From: an uncultured Alphaproteobacteria bacterium | GTDB taxonomy: Bacteria > Pseudomonadota > Alphaproteobacteria > Rs-D84 | DNA length: 64,000 nt | Reading direction: 5' to 3' | Assembly (NCBI GenBank): GCA_934255455.1 | Contig: CAKQNS010000003.1 | Coordinates: 38,666 to 102,665, forward strand | Shown here: positions 39,906 to 48,592 of the stretch, piece by piece | Layout: every line of letters starts with the position of its first letter | How positions within the stretch are numbered: position 1 is the stretch's first letter | The notes under the pieces: model-generated | Databases searched by the model: none | Seen by the model: only the letters and a program-made list of their open reading frames with translations | What the model was told of the DNA's origin: nothing | Made by a program: the position numbers and the translations under genes

Positions 39906-40096
39906 AAAATTTAACCGTCCGTATGGGCGGTTTAATTTTTTGCTGTGACCAGAATCGAACCTGCGGGATAGCAGGTTCGACCCGCCGGCACAAGGCAGAC
40001 GGCAGTATGCCGGTTCGCGTAGCGAATGTGCCCAGGTGGGCGCCAGCCATTCCTGTCTACGGCGACCAAAAATTTAACCGTCCGTATGGGCGGTTT
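39901..40096 (+). mobile_element. tRNA-Pro-associated mini-element (element B), bounded by 33-nt direct repeats
   Basis: GACCAAAAATTTAACCGTCCGTATGGGCGGTTT occurs at 39901..39933 and at 40064..40096. The second copy is preceded by ATTCCTGTC, as in the tRNA T-loop. The interior has an inverted T-arm copy and aligns with element A. Confidence 0.5.
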
Positions 40097-40192
40097 TTAG
40101 AATATCCAAAATAAAATTGCCACAACAATTAAAATACCCAGCCCCAGCAATATATATCGTGCGATGGTAAAAGAGTTTGTTTGTGTTGCCAT
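40097..40192 (-). CDS. candidate leaderless 31-aa hydrophobic peptide, speculative
   Basis: Hand-translated as MATQTNSFTIARYILLGLGILIVVAILFWIF. An extended -10 element TGGTATAAT sits exactly 6 nt upstream of the ATG. Confidence 0.25.
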   Translation of the reverse strand: MATQTNSFTIARYILLGLGILIVVAILFWIF

Positions 40193-40321
40193 GGTGTGAT
40201 TATACCACGGGCGTGCGCAAAAAATATTGGTATGAATTCCCAGATTTGATTGATTTCCTGCAAATTGTGTTATAGAATACTACCGTTTATAAATCTGTGT
40301 ATCAGCATAAGGAGAATGGCC

Positions 40322-41206
40322 ATGTTTGTGACTGAAAAATTAAAAACATTCTCTTGGGTGAATGTCGGCAACCCCGACCACGAAGATTTCGAGAAATTAC
40401 AAACCGAATACAAAATTGACGAGGATACCATCTCGGACATTCTGGATCCTGATGAACAGCCACGTATAGAGGTCGAAGACGATTACAAGGTTATAATCGT
40501 GCGTTTCCCAATTATAAATCGCGAAACGGACACCCTGTGGCATACCGAGCCACTGTCGATTATTTATTCGTCGTCGCGTGTTATAACCGTTTGTCGTAAA
40601 CGGTGCGATTTGTTGGATAAAATCAAGAAAGACGAAAAAACATCACGCGAAGAATTCATTTTGAACATCATTTATTACATCGCGGAATCGTATTTGAAAT
40701 TCTTGAAAGAATTGAACAAGCGCGTTTTGGAATCTAAACAGGCATTGCAAGAGCGTATTCGCCGCCGCGATTTGATGGCTTTGCTTGAGGTAGAAAACAG
40801 TTATACCCTGTACATGGCGGGCATCAAGGGCAATGTTGCCGTGTTGGACAAATTGGAAAAGGTTCGTGGTTTTGTAAAGACCGACGACGCACGCGACCTG
40901 GCCGAGGATGCGCGCATTGAATTGTTCCAGGCGACCGAGGTCGTGACATCGTACAGCAAGATGTTAAAATCCATCAAGGAAACATTTGAAAGCGTCATTA
41001 ATATGGACTCCAACATGTACATTAATCGTTTGACCATGTGGAACATTATTCTGGTGGTGCCAACGGTTGTTGTAGGGTATTACGGAATGAATATGAAATT
41101 GCCGTTTGCCGAATATGACAGCGCGGCCCTGGTGATATTCTTGGCAATAATGATATTGCTGTTGGGTTTTGCATTTTTCAGTGTTGCCCGTCGCAGGGTT
41201 GTATAA
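40322..41206 (+). CDS. corA: CorA-family magnesium/cobalt transporter
   Basis: YGMNM (GMN motif) before the last TM, two C-terminal TM helices, and an AAGGAG Shine-Dalgarno sequence 7 nt upstream of the chosen ATG. Confidence 0.85.
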   Translation: MFVTEKLKTFSWVNVGNPDHEDFEKLQTEYKIDEDTISDILDPDEQPRIEVEDDYKVIIVRFPIINRETDTLWHTEPLSIIYSSSRVITVCRKRCDLLDKIKKDEKTSREEFILNIIYYIAESYLKFLKELNKRVLESKQALQERIRRRDLMALLEVENSYTLYMAGIKGNVAVLDKLEKVRGFVKTDDARDLAEDARIELFQATEVVTSYSKMLKSIKETFESVINMDSNMYINRLTMWNIILVVPTVVVGYYGMNMKLPFAEYDSAALVIFLAIMILLLGFAFFSVARRRVV

Positions 41207-41214
41207 GTAGAAAA

Positions 41215-41277
41215 TAGAGAAGCATAGAGAATAGATAGCGCGCCGGATGGCGCGCTATCTATTCTCTATGCTCTGAT
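41215..41277. repeat. long near-perfect palindrome (24-bp perfect stem, GGAT loop) with ATAGAGA-type repeat arms
   Basis: AGCATAGAGAATAGATAGCGCGCC-GGAT-GGCGCGCTATCTATTCTCTATGCT, between the convergent corA and adk genes. Confidence 0.8.
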
Positions 41278-41288
41278 TGGGGCGGTTT

Positions 41289-41840
41289 TTATTCCAGTGC
41301 GGCCAAAATATTTACGAAATTATCAGTGGCGGCGTCGGCACTGACATCTACATCGGAAAAATGAATTCCGGGTGCGGTGCGCAGCCATTCAATTGCCGGC
41401 ATTGTTATGTTCAAAAATGTTTTGATACGGCGTTCCACAACCGCATTGTCGGCGTCGTCGGCGCGGGTACTGCCCGTGTTGTGACGTTTGGCCAGGCGGT
41501 GCCGAATGATATCAATTGACACATTCAAAAATATTACGCGAATGTTGAACGCGGCGGCGTACGATTTGACCAGCCATTTTGCCTGGGACAATGTACGGGG
41601 AAATCCGTCCAGCAACACATCGGAATCCGTGCCGATGTGCCCGCGCATTAAATCAAACAATGGCGCGTCGGGCACCAATTCGCCGCGTGCAATCAATTGG
41701 CCTATTTCGGAATCCGCCGGCATGGCGCGCAATATTGCGCCGGTTTCGACATAGTTAAATTTGCAATGTTCCTGCAACAGGTGGGCAAATGTGCCCTTGC
41801 CCACGCCGGGACCGCCCATTAAAACAATCATTTCGTTTTT
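41289..41840 (-). CDS. adk: adenylate kinase (short, lid-less type)
   Basis: LMGGPGVGKGT P-loop and LLDGFPRT. The start is uncertain (MKNEM at 41840 or MGTMK at 41849). TGGTACAAT lies immediately upstream, suggesting a very short or absent leader. Confidence 0.8.
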   Translation of the reverse strand, partial: KNEMIVLMGGPGVGKGTFAHLLQEHCKFNYVETGAILRAMPADSEIGQLIARGELVPDAPLFDLMRGHIGTDSDVLLDGFPRTLSQAKWLVKSYAAAFNIRVIFLNVSIDIIRHRLAKRHNTGSTRADDADNAVVERRIKTFLNITMPAIEWLRTAPGIHFSDVDVSADAATDNFVNILAALE

Positions 41841-41919
41841 CATAGTGCCCATATTGTACCACAAAAATAAATCCCCGACAAGGATGTCGAGGATTATAGG
41901 AATAATTTACAATCGTAAA

Positions 41920-43608
41920 TTATTTTTTGCTGTTTTCAATCGCAGCGCCCAAGATGTCGCCCAAAACCGAGCCGCTGTCGGCCTGGTTGGCGTATTCTTT
42001 GACGGCCTGTTTTTCCAGAGTCACCTGCAATGCGCGGATGGACAGTTTTACAGTGTTGTCTTCGACAGAAACAACAGATGCTTCGACTGTGTCACCGATT
42101 TTGAATTTGCTGGTGTCCTGTTCCGCTTTTTCGCGTGACAGGTCTGTGCGACGAATAACACCGCGGATTTCATTCGGCAACGCCAAAATCAATTCGTCTG
42201 GTGTAATTTCGGAAACAGTACCGGAAACAACGGCGCCTTTCTTGATGGCGGCGTTTTTGCTGTCGGCACCTTCGGTCAATTGCTTGATACCCAGTGTGAC
42301 GCGTTCTTTTTCCGGATTGATGTCCAAAATTTTCGCTGTCACTTCTTGGCCACGAACAAACTTTTTCAGTTCTTCTTCGTCCAATTTGTTCCAAGACAGG
42401 TCGGAAATGTGAACCATACCGTCCAATTCTGGGGTCAATTGAACAAACAGACCGAATTCAGTTGTGTTTTTAATTGGGCCAGTCACGACATCGCCAACAT
42501 TGTGGGTTTCGGCAAATTGCTTCCATGGATTTGGTTGCAATTGTTTGTATCCCAACGAAATGCGGCGTTTATCCTGGTCAATACCCAAAACGACAACATT
42601 TACATCCTGGCCCGCCTGCAAAACTTTGCTGGGGTAAATGTTTTTGTTTGTCCAGGACAGTTCAGACATGTGAACCAATCCCTCGATATTGTTGCCCAGG
42701 TCAATGAATGCGCCGTAATCGGTGATGGATGAAACCTTGCCCGATACTGTGTCGCCAACATTGAATGCGCGGGATGCTGTTTCCCATGGGTCGGCTTCCA
42801 ATTGTTTCGCGCCCAGCGAGATACGATGGGATTCTGGATCAAATTGGATAACTTTGACCTTTATCTTTTCACCAACATGAACCAATTCGCGTGGGTGATT
42901 TACGCGTTTCCACGACAGGTCGGTCACATGCAACAAACCGTCGATGCCGCCCAAATCAACAAACACACCGTAATCGGTAATGTTTTTAACGGTACCTTCG
43001 ATAACGGCGCCCAGTGTGATGTTTTTCATCGCTTCGCGTTGTGCGGCCGCAATGGAATCAGACTGAATCGCGCGGCGCGATACGATTGCGTTTGTGCGCA
43101 ATGCGTCCATTTTCAAAACGCGGAATTTGTCTTTCAGACCAATCAACGATTTTGCATCGCGAACCGGTTTGTGGTCAACCTGGGACGATGGCATAAATGC
43201 AAATACGCCGCCCAAATCAACGGTGTAACCACCGCGAACAACATCGATAATTGTGCCCTCGGGGTCAATGCCTTCGGCAACTGTCTTTTCCAAATCTTTC
43301 CATGCTTTTTCAGCACGAGCCTTGGTATATGACAGAACAGCCGTGCCTTCGCGTGATTCATAACGTTCAACGAAAACGTCAATGATGTCGCCAACGGCCG
43401 GAACAGATGCGCCAAATTCTTTTAATGGAATGCGGCCTTCGGATTTCAGACCAACATCAACCATCGCGAAATCGCCGCGAATGTCTTTGACAGTACCCTT
43501 GGTTGCATAACCCTGCAAAGTTTCCTGTGTGCCATAGTCCTTGTCGAACATCTGGACGAAATCTTCGCTGGATAATGGATTAAATAAATCTTTGGATAAA
43601 TCTTTCAT
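41920..43608 (-). CDS. rpsA: 30S ribosomal protein S1
   Basis: Six S1 motifs (repeated G.V..I..G.FV.L pattern). 562 aa. Confidence 0.95.
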   Translation of the reverse strand: MKDLSKDLFNPLSSEDFVQMFDKDYGTQETLQGYATKGTVKDIRGDFAMVDVGLKSEGRIPLKEFGASVPAVGDIIDVFVERYESREGTAVLSYTKARAEKAWKDLEKTVAEGIDPEGTIIDVVRGGYTVDLGGVFAFMPSSQVDHKPVRDAKSLIGLKDKFRVLKMDALRTNAIVSRRAIQSDSIAAAQREAMKNITLGAVIEGTVKNITDYGVFVDLGGIDGLLHVTDLSWKRVNHPRELVHVGEKIKVKVIQFDPESHRISLGAKQLEADPWETASRAFNVGDTVSGKVSSITDYGAFIDLGNNIEGLVHMSELSWTNKNIYPSKVLQAGQDVNVVVLGIDQDKRRISLGYKQLQPNPWKQFAETHNVGDVVTGPIKNTTEFGLFVQLTPELDGMVHISDLSWNKLDEEELKKFVRGQEVTAKILDINPEKERVTLGIKQLTEGADSKNAAIKKGAVVSGTVSEITPDELILALPNEIRGVIRRTDLSREKAEQDTSKFKIGDTVEASVVSVEDNTVKLSIRALQVTLEKQAVKEYANQADSGSVLGDILGAAIENSKK

Positions 43609-43705
43609 AAGAAAATTTCATACAAAGTTTGCCATCTGCAAAATAATGCAAAGGACTTGTGGGGTTAGTCGGATTGGTAATGCGCCCACCCGCAAAACCG
43701 AACGG

Positions 43706-43734
43706 ATTATACGGGATTTTTTTTGAAAATGCAA
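43706..43734 (-). promoter_or_regulatory. sigma70-like promoter for rpsA
   Basis: Minus strand: TTGCAT, 17-nt spacer, TATAAT; ~95-nt leader. Confidence 0.5.
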
Positions 43735-43757
43735 GAAAAAACGCCCCGTTCGGGGCG
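43735..43757 (-). terminator. terminator of the 135-aa gene
   Basis: Minus strand: CGCCCC-GAAC-GGGGCG followed by TTTTTT. Confidence 0.7.
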
Positions 43758-43760
43758 ATG

Positions 43761-44168
43761 CTATCGTTGGTTTATTGTCCAACCGTTATTTACAAACCAT
43801 AAACTGTCACATGGGGTAATTGTGCCCGGTTCTAATACTATATTGCCGCGACCACGAATGCGCGATGGCGCCATATTTATGCGTTCGGACATATATTCAC
43901 ACAGCAAATCCGAAATTCCCGGGGCATATACCGCGAAATCGGTGTCGCCCGCGGCGGTTAAATAGATGGTGTTTACCGTTGTGTCGTTCAGATATTTTTG
44001 TATGTTTTCAAATGAAATTTCAACACTGCTGCGACGGTCCCAATGCAGGTCTATGTCGTGTTTTGTGGCGTTATCTTGGGCGTTTATGTTGCATACAGAT
44101 GCGCCGGCAATGCCCAATATTGGTAATGCGCGTTTCAATTTATACGATAATACTTTGGTTGTTTTCAT
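43761..44168 (-). CDS. small exported protein (135 aa), unknown function
   Basis: Signal peptide ending INA|Q. Has its own consensus promoter and terminator. Confidence 0.55.
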   Translation of the reverse strand: MKTTKVLSYKLKRALPILGIAGASVCNINAQDNATKHDIDLHWDRRSSVEISFENIQKYLNDTTVNTIYLTAAGDTDFAVYAPGISDLLCEYMSERINMAPSRIRGRGNIVLEPGTITPCDSLWFVNNGWTINQR

Positions 44169-44195
44169 ATTTTAACCCCGTTATAATACCATATA

Positions 44196-44224
44196 AATAT
44201 ATGCACACAAATATGTTTTGTCAA
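44196..44224 (-). promoter_or_regulatory. near-consensus sigma70 promoter
   Basis: Minus strand: TTGACA, 17-nt spacer, TATATT. Confidence 0.55.
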
Positions 44225-44273
44225 GTATTAAGAGTGATTTTCTCGCACGTGGCGCAAAGTCATTGCGCTATCA

Positions 44274-44305
44274 TTGTTCTCTGCTCTCTCTTCTCTTTGC
44301 TCTCT
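44274..44305 (-). repeat. solo, degenerate heptamer array, AGAGCAA type
   Basis: The plus strand CATTGTTCTCTGCTCTCTCTTCTCTTTGCTCTCTT closely resembles the cassette-2 arm CATTGCTCTCTGCTCTCTGCGCATTGCTCTCTT at 36008..36040. Confidence 0.65.
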
Positions 44306-44332
44306 TAAAAAATGCCCCGTTGGGGGCATTTT
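44305..44332 (-). terminator. terminator of tig
   Basis: Minus strand: AATGCCCC-CAAC-GGGGCATT followed by TTTTTT. Confidence 0.75.
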
Positions 44333-45646
44333 TTATTTCACAGGTGCAGCCTGGAATAATTCTTCGGGCTTTACTGCTTTTTCTTTCTGTTTGACATGCG
44401 TCAACATTGCGTCCAATGCCTTGCGTTCGAAAATCATACCGCGCAACATTGCCAAGGCATTTTGATTCTTGTTATAGAAGTCAAATACCTGTTTTGGATC
44501 TGGATAGCGGGACGCTTCGGCCCAAACCGCCTGTTGCAGGTCGTCACGAGTGACCTCGACCTTGTTCTGGGTGCCCCATTCGGCCAAAATCAAGCCCAGT
44601 TTAACGCGGCGTTCGGCGTCTTTGCGTTCTTTCTTTTCATCCCATTTGTGGTCGTCGGCCTTGCAATCATCGCCACAGTGTTCGTGGTTATGATCGTGTT
44701 CTGATTTTGCCATATTCAATTCCTGGTCGACCAATGTTTCTGGCAAATCCAATTTGACTTTGTCGGCCAAAATGTCCAGCAATTCGTTGCGCATATCACG
44801 TTGTGCGGCCTCGGCATATTGGTCATTATAGATTTTGCGGATGTGTTCGCGCAACGCGTCAACCGATTCCTGGCCAACGGTTTTTGCCAATTCGTCGTTC
44901 AGTTCTGGCAGAATGTGTTTGCGAACTTCGTGAACCTTGACCGCAAAACGCGCGTCTTTGCCCGCCAGGTTTTCGGCATGGTAATCTTTGGGAAATTTGA
45001 CATTTACATCAAATTCGTCGCCTGATTTATGACCAATAATTTGATCTTCGAATCCCGGGATGAACGCGCCAGAACCCAAAATCAGGTGATGCTTTTCGGC
45101 GGCGCCACCTTCGAATGCTTCGTCGCCAATGAATCCCTTGAAATCAATAACGGCTGTGTCGCCATTGGCGGCCTGGTAATTTTCGTCTTGTTTTTCCGCG
45201 GTGCTGCGGCTGCGACGCAGGTTTTCAATTGCCTTGTCAACCTCGGCTTCGTCCAGCGTGGTTGTTTTTTTTGTGACAGTGAATTTTTCCAGGTCAATTG
45301 CCGGCAATGTTGGTAAAATATCAAATTCCAAAGAATATTCGACATCTTTGCCGAATTCCCATCCGGCCAAGTCCGCTTTTGGTGCACCGGCCAAACGGAT
45401 TTTTTTGTCGGCGATAAAATCGTTCAAGTCTTTGTTCATCAATTTATCGACCGCTTCGGATGTTGCCGATGCGTTGAATTTCTGGCGCAATACCGACAAT
45501 GGAATGTGACCCGGACGGAACCCCGGCATTTTTGCGGTTTTGCCGTATTCGGTCAAAATTTCGTCGGCCGCCGCCTGGACATCGGCCGCGGAAATCGTTC
45601 CATTTACGGAATAATGTAAATCTTTGATTTTTTCTTTTGTAAACAT
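44333..45646 (-). CDS. tig: trigger factor
   Basis: N-terminal ribosome-binding GFRPGHIP motif, a central FKBP-type PPIase domain, and a C-terminal helical arm. Confidence 0.93.
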   Translation of the reverse strand: MFTKEKIKDLHYSVNGTISAADVQAAADEILTEYGKTAKMPGFRPGHIPLSVLRQKFNASATSEAVDKLMNKDLNDFIADKKIRLAGAPKADLAGWEFGKDVEYSLEFDILPTLPAIDLEKFTVTKKTTTLDEAEVDKAIENLRRSRSTAEKQDENYQAANGDTAVIDFKGFIGDEAFEGGAAEKHHLILGSGAFIPGFEDQIIGHKSGDEFDVNVKFPKDYHAENLAGKDARFAVKVHEVRKHILPELNDELAKTVGQESVDALREHIRKIYNDQYAEAAQRDMRNELLDILADKVKLDLPETLVDQELNMAKSEHDHNHEHCGDDCKADDHKWDEKKERKDAERRVKLGLILAEWGTQNKVEVTRDDLQQAVWAEASRYPDPKQVFDFYNKNQNALAMLRGMIFERKALDAMLTHVKQKEKAVKPEELFQAAPVK

Positions 45647-45708
45647 ATTGTTCCCCTAAAATGTAATTGCCGTGTGATTATTGCACGCTTTTTTTATAAA
45701 CGCAATAA

Positions 45709-45739
45709 TAAAAAATCCCGCATTGTGCGGGATTTTTTT
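45709..45739 (-). terminator. terminator of rplM-rpsI
   Basis: AAAAAATCCCGCA-TTGT-GCGGGATTTTTTT; palindromic, usable on either strand. Confidence 0.75.
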
Positions 45740-45755
45740 GTCTGTATTCGGCAAA

Positions 45756-46262
45756 TTAACGTTTGCTGAACTGTGTCGAACGACGCGCCTTGTGATGGCC
45801 AAAGTGTTTACGTTCAACAACACGGCTGTCGCGGGTCAAGAATCCGGCGGCTTTCAATGCTGAACGCAATTCTGGTTCAACCTTTTCCAATGCTTTGGAA
45901 ATACCGTGTTTAACCGCGCCCGCCTGGCCCGACAGACCGCCACCCATAACCATGGCGTGAATGTCGTATGCGGTTTCGCGTTTTGTGACACCGAACGGTT
46001 GTGCAATAATCATTTGCAACACCGGACGACGGAAATATTCGTTGGCCGGAATTTCGTTGACAAAGATGTTGCCCTTGCCCGGAACCAAGTATACGCGTGC
46101 AACGGAATCTTTACGTTTGCCGGTTGCGTATGTTGCGCCGGTCAATTTAACGCATGCGGTTTTTTCCGCAGCGGTTGCTTTCTTGGCGGCCGGTGCTTTT
46201 CTCGCCGGGGCGGCTTTTTTTACTGTTTTTGCCGCGGTTGCGGTCTTTTTAGTTTCTGTCAT
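45756..46262 (-). CDS. rpsI: 30S ribosomal protein S9 with a K/A-rich N-terminal extension
   Basis: C-terminus [14 protein letters not shown] and core [12 protein letters not shown]. About 35 extra N-terminal residues ([31 protein letters not shown]). Confidence 0.93.
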   Translation of the reverse strand: MTETKKTATAAKTVKKAAPARKAPAAKKATAAEKTACVKLTGATYATGKRKDSVARVYLVPGKGNIFVNEIPANEYFRRPVLQMIIAQPFGVTKRETAYDIHAMVMGGGLSGQAGAVKHGISKALEKVEPELRSALKAAGFLTRDSRVVERKHFGHHKARRSTQFSKR

Positions 46263-46735
46263 TATTCGCCCCTTTTGTTTTTACGATTCAATTCGGCAAA
46301 ATTGATAACAACTGGTTTTTGCGCCGCGTGTTTGTGATCGGCACCCGCATATACATGCAGTTTTGTCAAACGCTGGTTCGCCAATGCAACCGCGGTACGA
46401 CGACCCATCATACGTTTCACAGCGTTGAAAACCAACTGTTCTGGCTTTTCTTCGCGCATTTGGCCCAGTGTGCGTTCTTTGGTGCTGCCGGTCCACAGAG
46501 AATGCCAAAAGAATTTGGTTTTGTCCGCTTTTTTACCAGACAACGCAACCTTGTCCGCGTTGATAATGATAACATGGTCGCCGCAATCCATATTTGGTGT
46601 CCATGTTGGCTTGTTTTTACCGCGCAGGATGTTCGCGGTGAATGCCGCCAAACGCCCCAGTGTGCAGTCAGTTGCGTCAATCAGATACCATTTGGCGTCC
46701 AATTCGCACTGTTTTAACGATTTTGTCGCTGCCAT
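46262..46735 (-). CDS. rplM: 50S ribosomal protein L13
   Basis: [16 protein letters not shown] ... [12 protein letters not shown]. The stop overlaps the rpsI start by 1 nt. Confidence 0.93.
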   Translation of the reverse strand: MAATKSLKQCELDAKWYLIDATDCTLGRLAAFTANILRGKNKPTWTPNMDCGDHVIIINADKVALSGKKADKTKFFWHSLWTGSTKERTLGQMREEKPEQLVFNAVKRMMGRRTAVALANQRLTKLHVYAGADHKHAAQKPVVINFAELNRKNKRGE

Positions 46736-46775
46736 TTTATGTTTTCCTTATGGTTTTATAAATTTAGCGTGCGTA

Positions 46776-46804
46776 TTATGACGCAACCCCGCAGAAAAGT
46801 CAAG
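46776..46804 (-). promoter_or_regulatory. sigma70-like promoter for rplM-rpsI
   Basis: Minus strand: TTGACT, 17-nt spacer, CATAAT. An 18-bp perfect palindrome ATGGTATTATAATACCAT lies just upstream at 46815..46832. Confidence 0.5.
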
Positions 46805-46838
46805 AAAAATCCGTATGGTATTATAATACCATATATAA

Positions 46839-46866
46839 AGTTCAAAGTTCAGAGTTCAAAGTGCAA
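46839..46866 (+). repeat. 4-unit heptamer array, AGTTCAA type
   Basis: AGTTCAA AGTTCAG AGTTCAA AGTGCAA. Confidence 0.75.
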
Positions 46867-46877
46867 ATGAATAAAGT

Positions 46878-46904
46878 AGTGCGCCGAATGGCGCACACAT
46901 TATT
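46878..46904 (-). terminator. hairpin downstream of argS; exact inverted copy of 2991..3017
   Basis: The minus strand reads AATAATGTGTGCGCC-ATTC-GGCGCACT followed by a U-rich tract. Confidence 0.6.
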
Positions 46905-46910
46905 TGAGCT

Positions 46911-48563
46911 TTACATTTCGTTTGGAATGCGCAATCCCATCATGTCAATTGCGCGGCCCAATGCGTCGGCGGCAATGCGCACGATATGCAGGCGCTGCGC
47001 CCGGACGTGCGTCGGGACATCATCACGCAGGATTGGACAATTGTGATAGAACGAATTTATCAACTGGCACAAATCGTACGCATAGTTCGCAATCATATCG
47101 GTTGCGCGGTTGTCAAACGCGCCCTGCACTGTGCGTTCAAAATCCAGAATTTCAATCAACAAATTGCGTTCATCCGCGGTCAATTCGGCCATTTTTGCGT
47201 CGTCCGCATCGCCCGCACGGCGCAAAACAGAATTCAAACGTACGGCGGTATACAGGATATATGGACCGGTACGACCCTCGAAACTGGTGATTTGATTTGG
47301 GTCAAACACATAGTCGGCGCGAACATCGTGGATTAAATCGTTGAATTTCACCGCCGCCAATGCAATTGCATCAATTGTGTCGTCGTCCAGTTTTTTATCG
47401 GCGGCGTTCACGCGTTCGCGTACGGCGTCGCGTGCGGTGTCCAAAATATCCAGTAATTCCGCCACACCACCGTCACGGGTTTTGAACGGTTTACCATCGG
47501 CGCCGGTCAGTGCGCCAAAGCCCGTGTGGAATAATTCGGCGTTTGTAATTTCGGCCAGATGTGCAGCACGAAATACCTGTTGAAAATGCAGATTCTGGCG
47601 GGAATCGGTAAAATATCCGATAATATCCGGATGGTCGGTATTTGTGCGGTATAAAATAGCCGACAAATCCGCCGCCGCGTATGTTTGGGTGTCTGCACTG
47701 GTGCGGAACATCAATGGTGGCATCGGCGCGCGGTCATCGTCGCGTTTAATGTTCACAATCATTGCGCCGTCGTCCATGGTCAACAAATGTTTCGATTCCA
47801 AAATTTTCTGCATTTCGGGGACATACGGGGCAACACCGCGTTCACCCATTGTTGCGTCAAATGGCAACACATTCAACCGATGCAACACATTATCCATTTG
47901 CGCCAATGATATTTTCATAAATGCATCATAAATGCGTTTGCAGGTCGCATCGCCCGCCTGCAGTTTGGCGGTGATTTCCTTGGCATGTGCCAACCATGCT
48001 TCGTCTTCTTTGGCGCGTGCGGTTGACGCCGGATAGATTTTATTTAATTCGGCGGCGGTGTCTGGCATACCGTATTCCATAATCCACGCGATAATCAGCC
48101 CCATCGGACGCCCCCAATCGCCAATATGGTTATAACTTTTTGTTGTATGCCCCAATGATTTTGCAATGCGGTTAAATGTATCACCCACAATTGTCGTGCG
48201 CAGGTGACCAATGTGTAATGCCTTGCCCACATTATACCCGCCGTAATCCAAATCGATTTTCATTGTTTTTTCGGCGTGTGGGGTCTGCGGTCGTGCGGTG
48301 GCGTTCCACAAAAATTCGTCGCATAATTTTATGTTGATAAATCCCGGGCCGGCGATTGACACATCGGCAACAAAATCTAATTCGCGCAGACGCGGCAACA
48401 ATTCGTTTGCCAATTCGCGTGGGTTTTTGCCGGCACTTTTCGCCATAACCATGGCGGCATTCGTGGCAAAATCGCCAAATTCGCGGTTGCGTGGCACATC
48501 CAATTTAACCGCCACGCCCAGTTTGTCGTTTATCGCATCTGATACATATTTATACAAATTCAT
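46911..48563 (-). CDS. argS: arginine--tRNA ligase
   Basis: HIGH-type motif (ALHIGHLRTT), anticodon-binding DALR domain at the C-terminus. 550 aa. Confidence 0.95.
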   Translation of the reverse strand: MNLYKYVSDAINDKLGVAVKLDVPRNREFGDFATNAAMVMAKSAGKNPRELANELLPRLRELDFVADVSIAGPGFINIKLCDEFLWNATARPQTPHAEKTMKIDLDYGGYNVGKALHIGHLRTTIVGDTFNRIAKSLGHTTKSYNHIGDWGRPMGLIIAWIMEYGMPDTAAELNKIYPASTARAKEDEAWLAHAKEITAKLQAGDATCKRIYDAFMKISLAQMDNVLHRLNVLPFDATMGERGVAPYVPEMQKILESKHLLTMDDGAMIVNIKRDDDRAPMPPLMFRTSADTQTYAAADLSAILYRTNTDHPDIIGYFTDSRQNLHFQQVFRAAHLAEITNAELFHTGFGALTGADGKPFKTRDGGVAELLDILDTARDAVRERVNAADKKLDDDTIDAIALAAVKFNDLIHDVRADYVFDPNQITSFEGRTGPYILYTAVRLNSVLRRAGDADDAKMAELTADERNLLIEILDFERTVQGAFDNRATDMIANYAYDLCQLINSFYHNCPILRDDVPTHVRAQRLHIVRIAADALGRAIDMMGLRIPNEM

Positions 48564-48592
48564 CTTTTCATACCTGTCGTAAAAATTATTGA

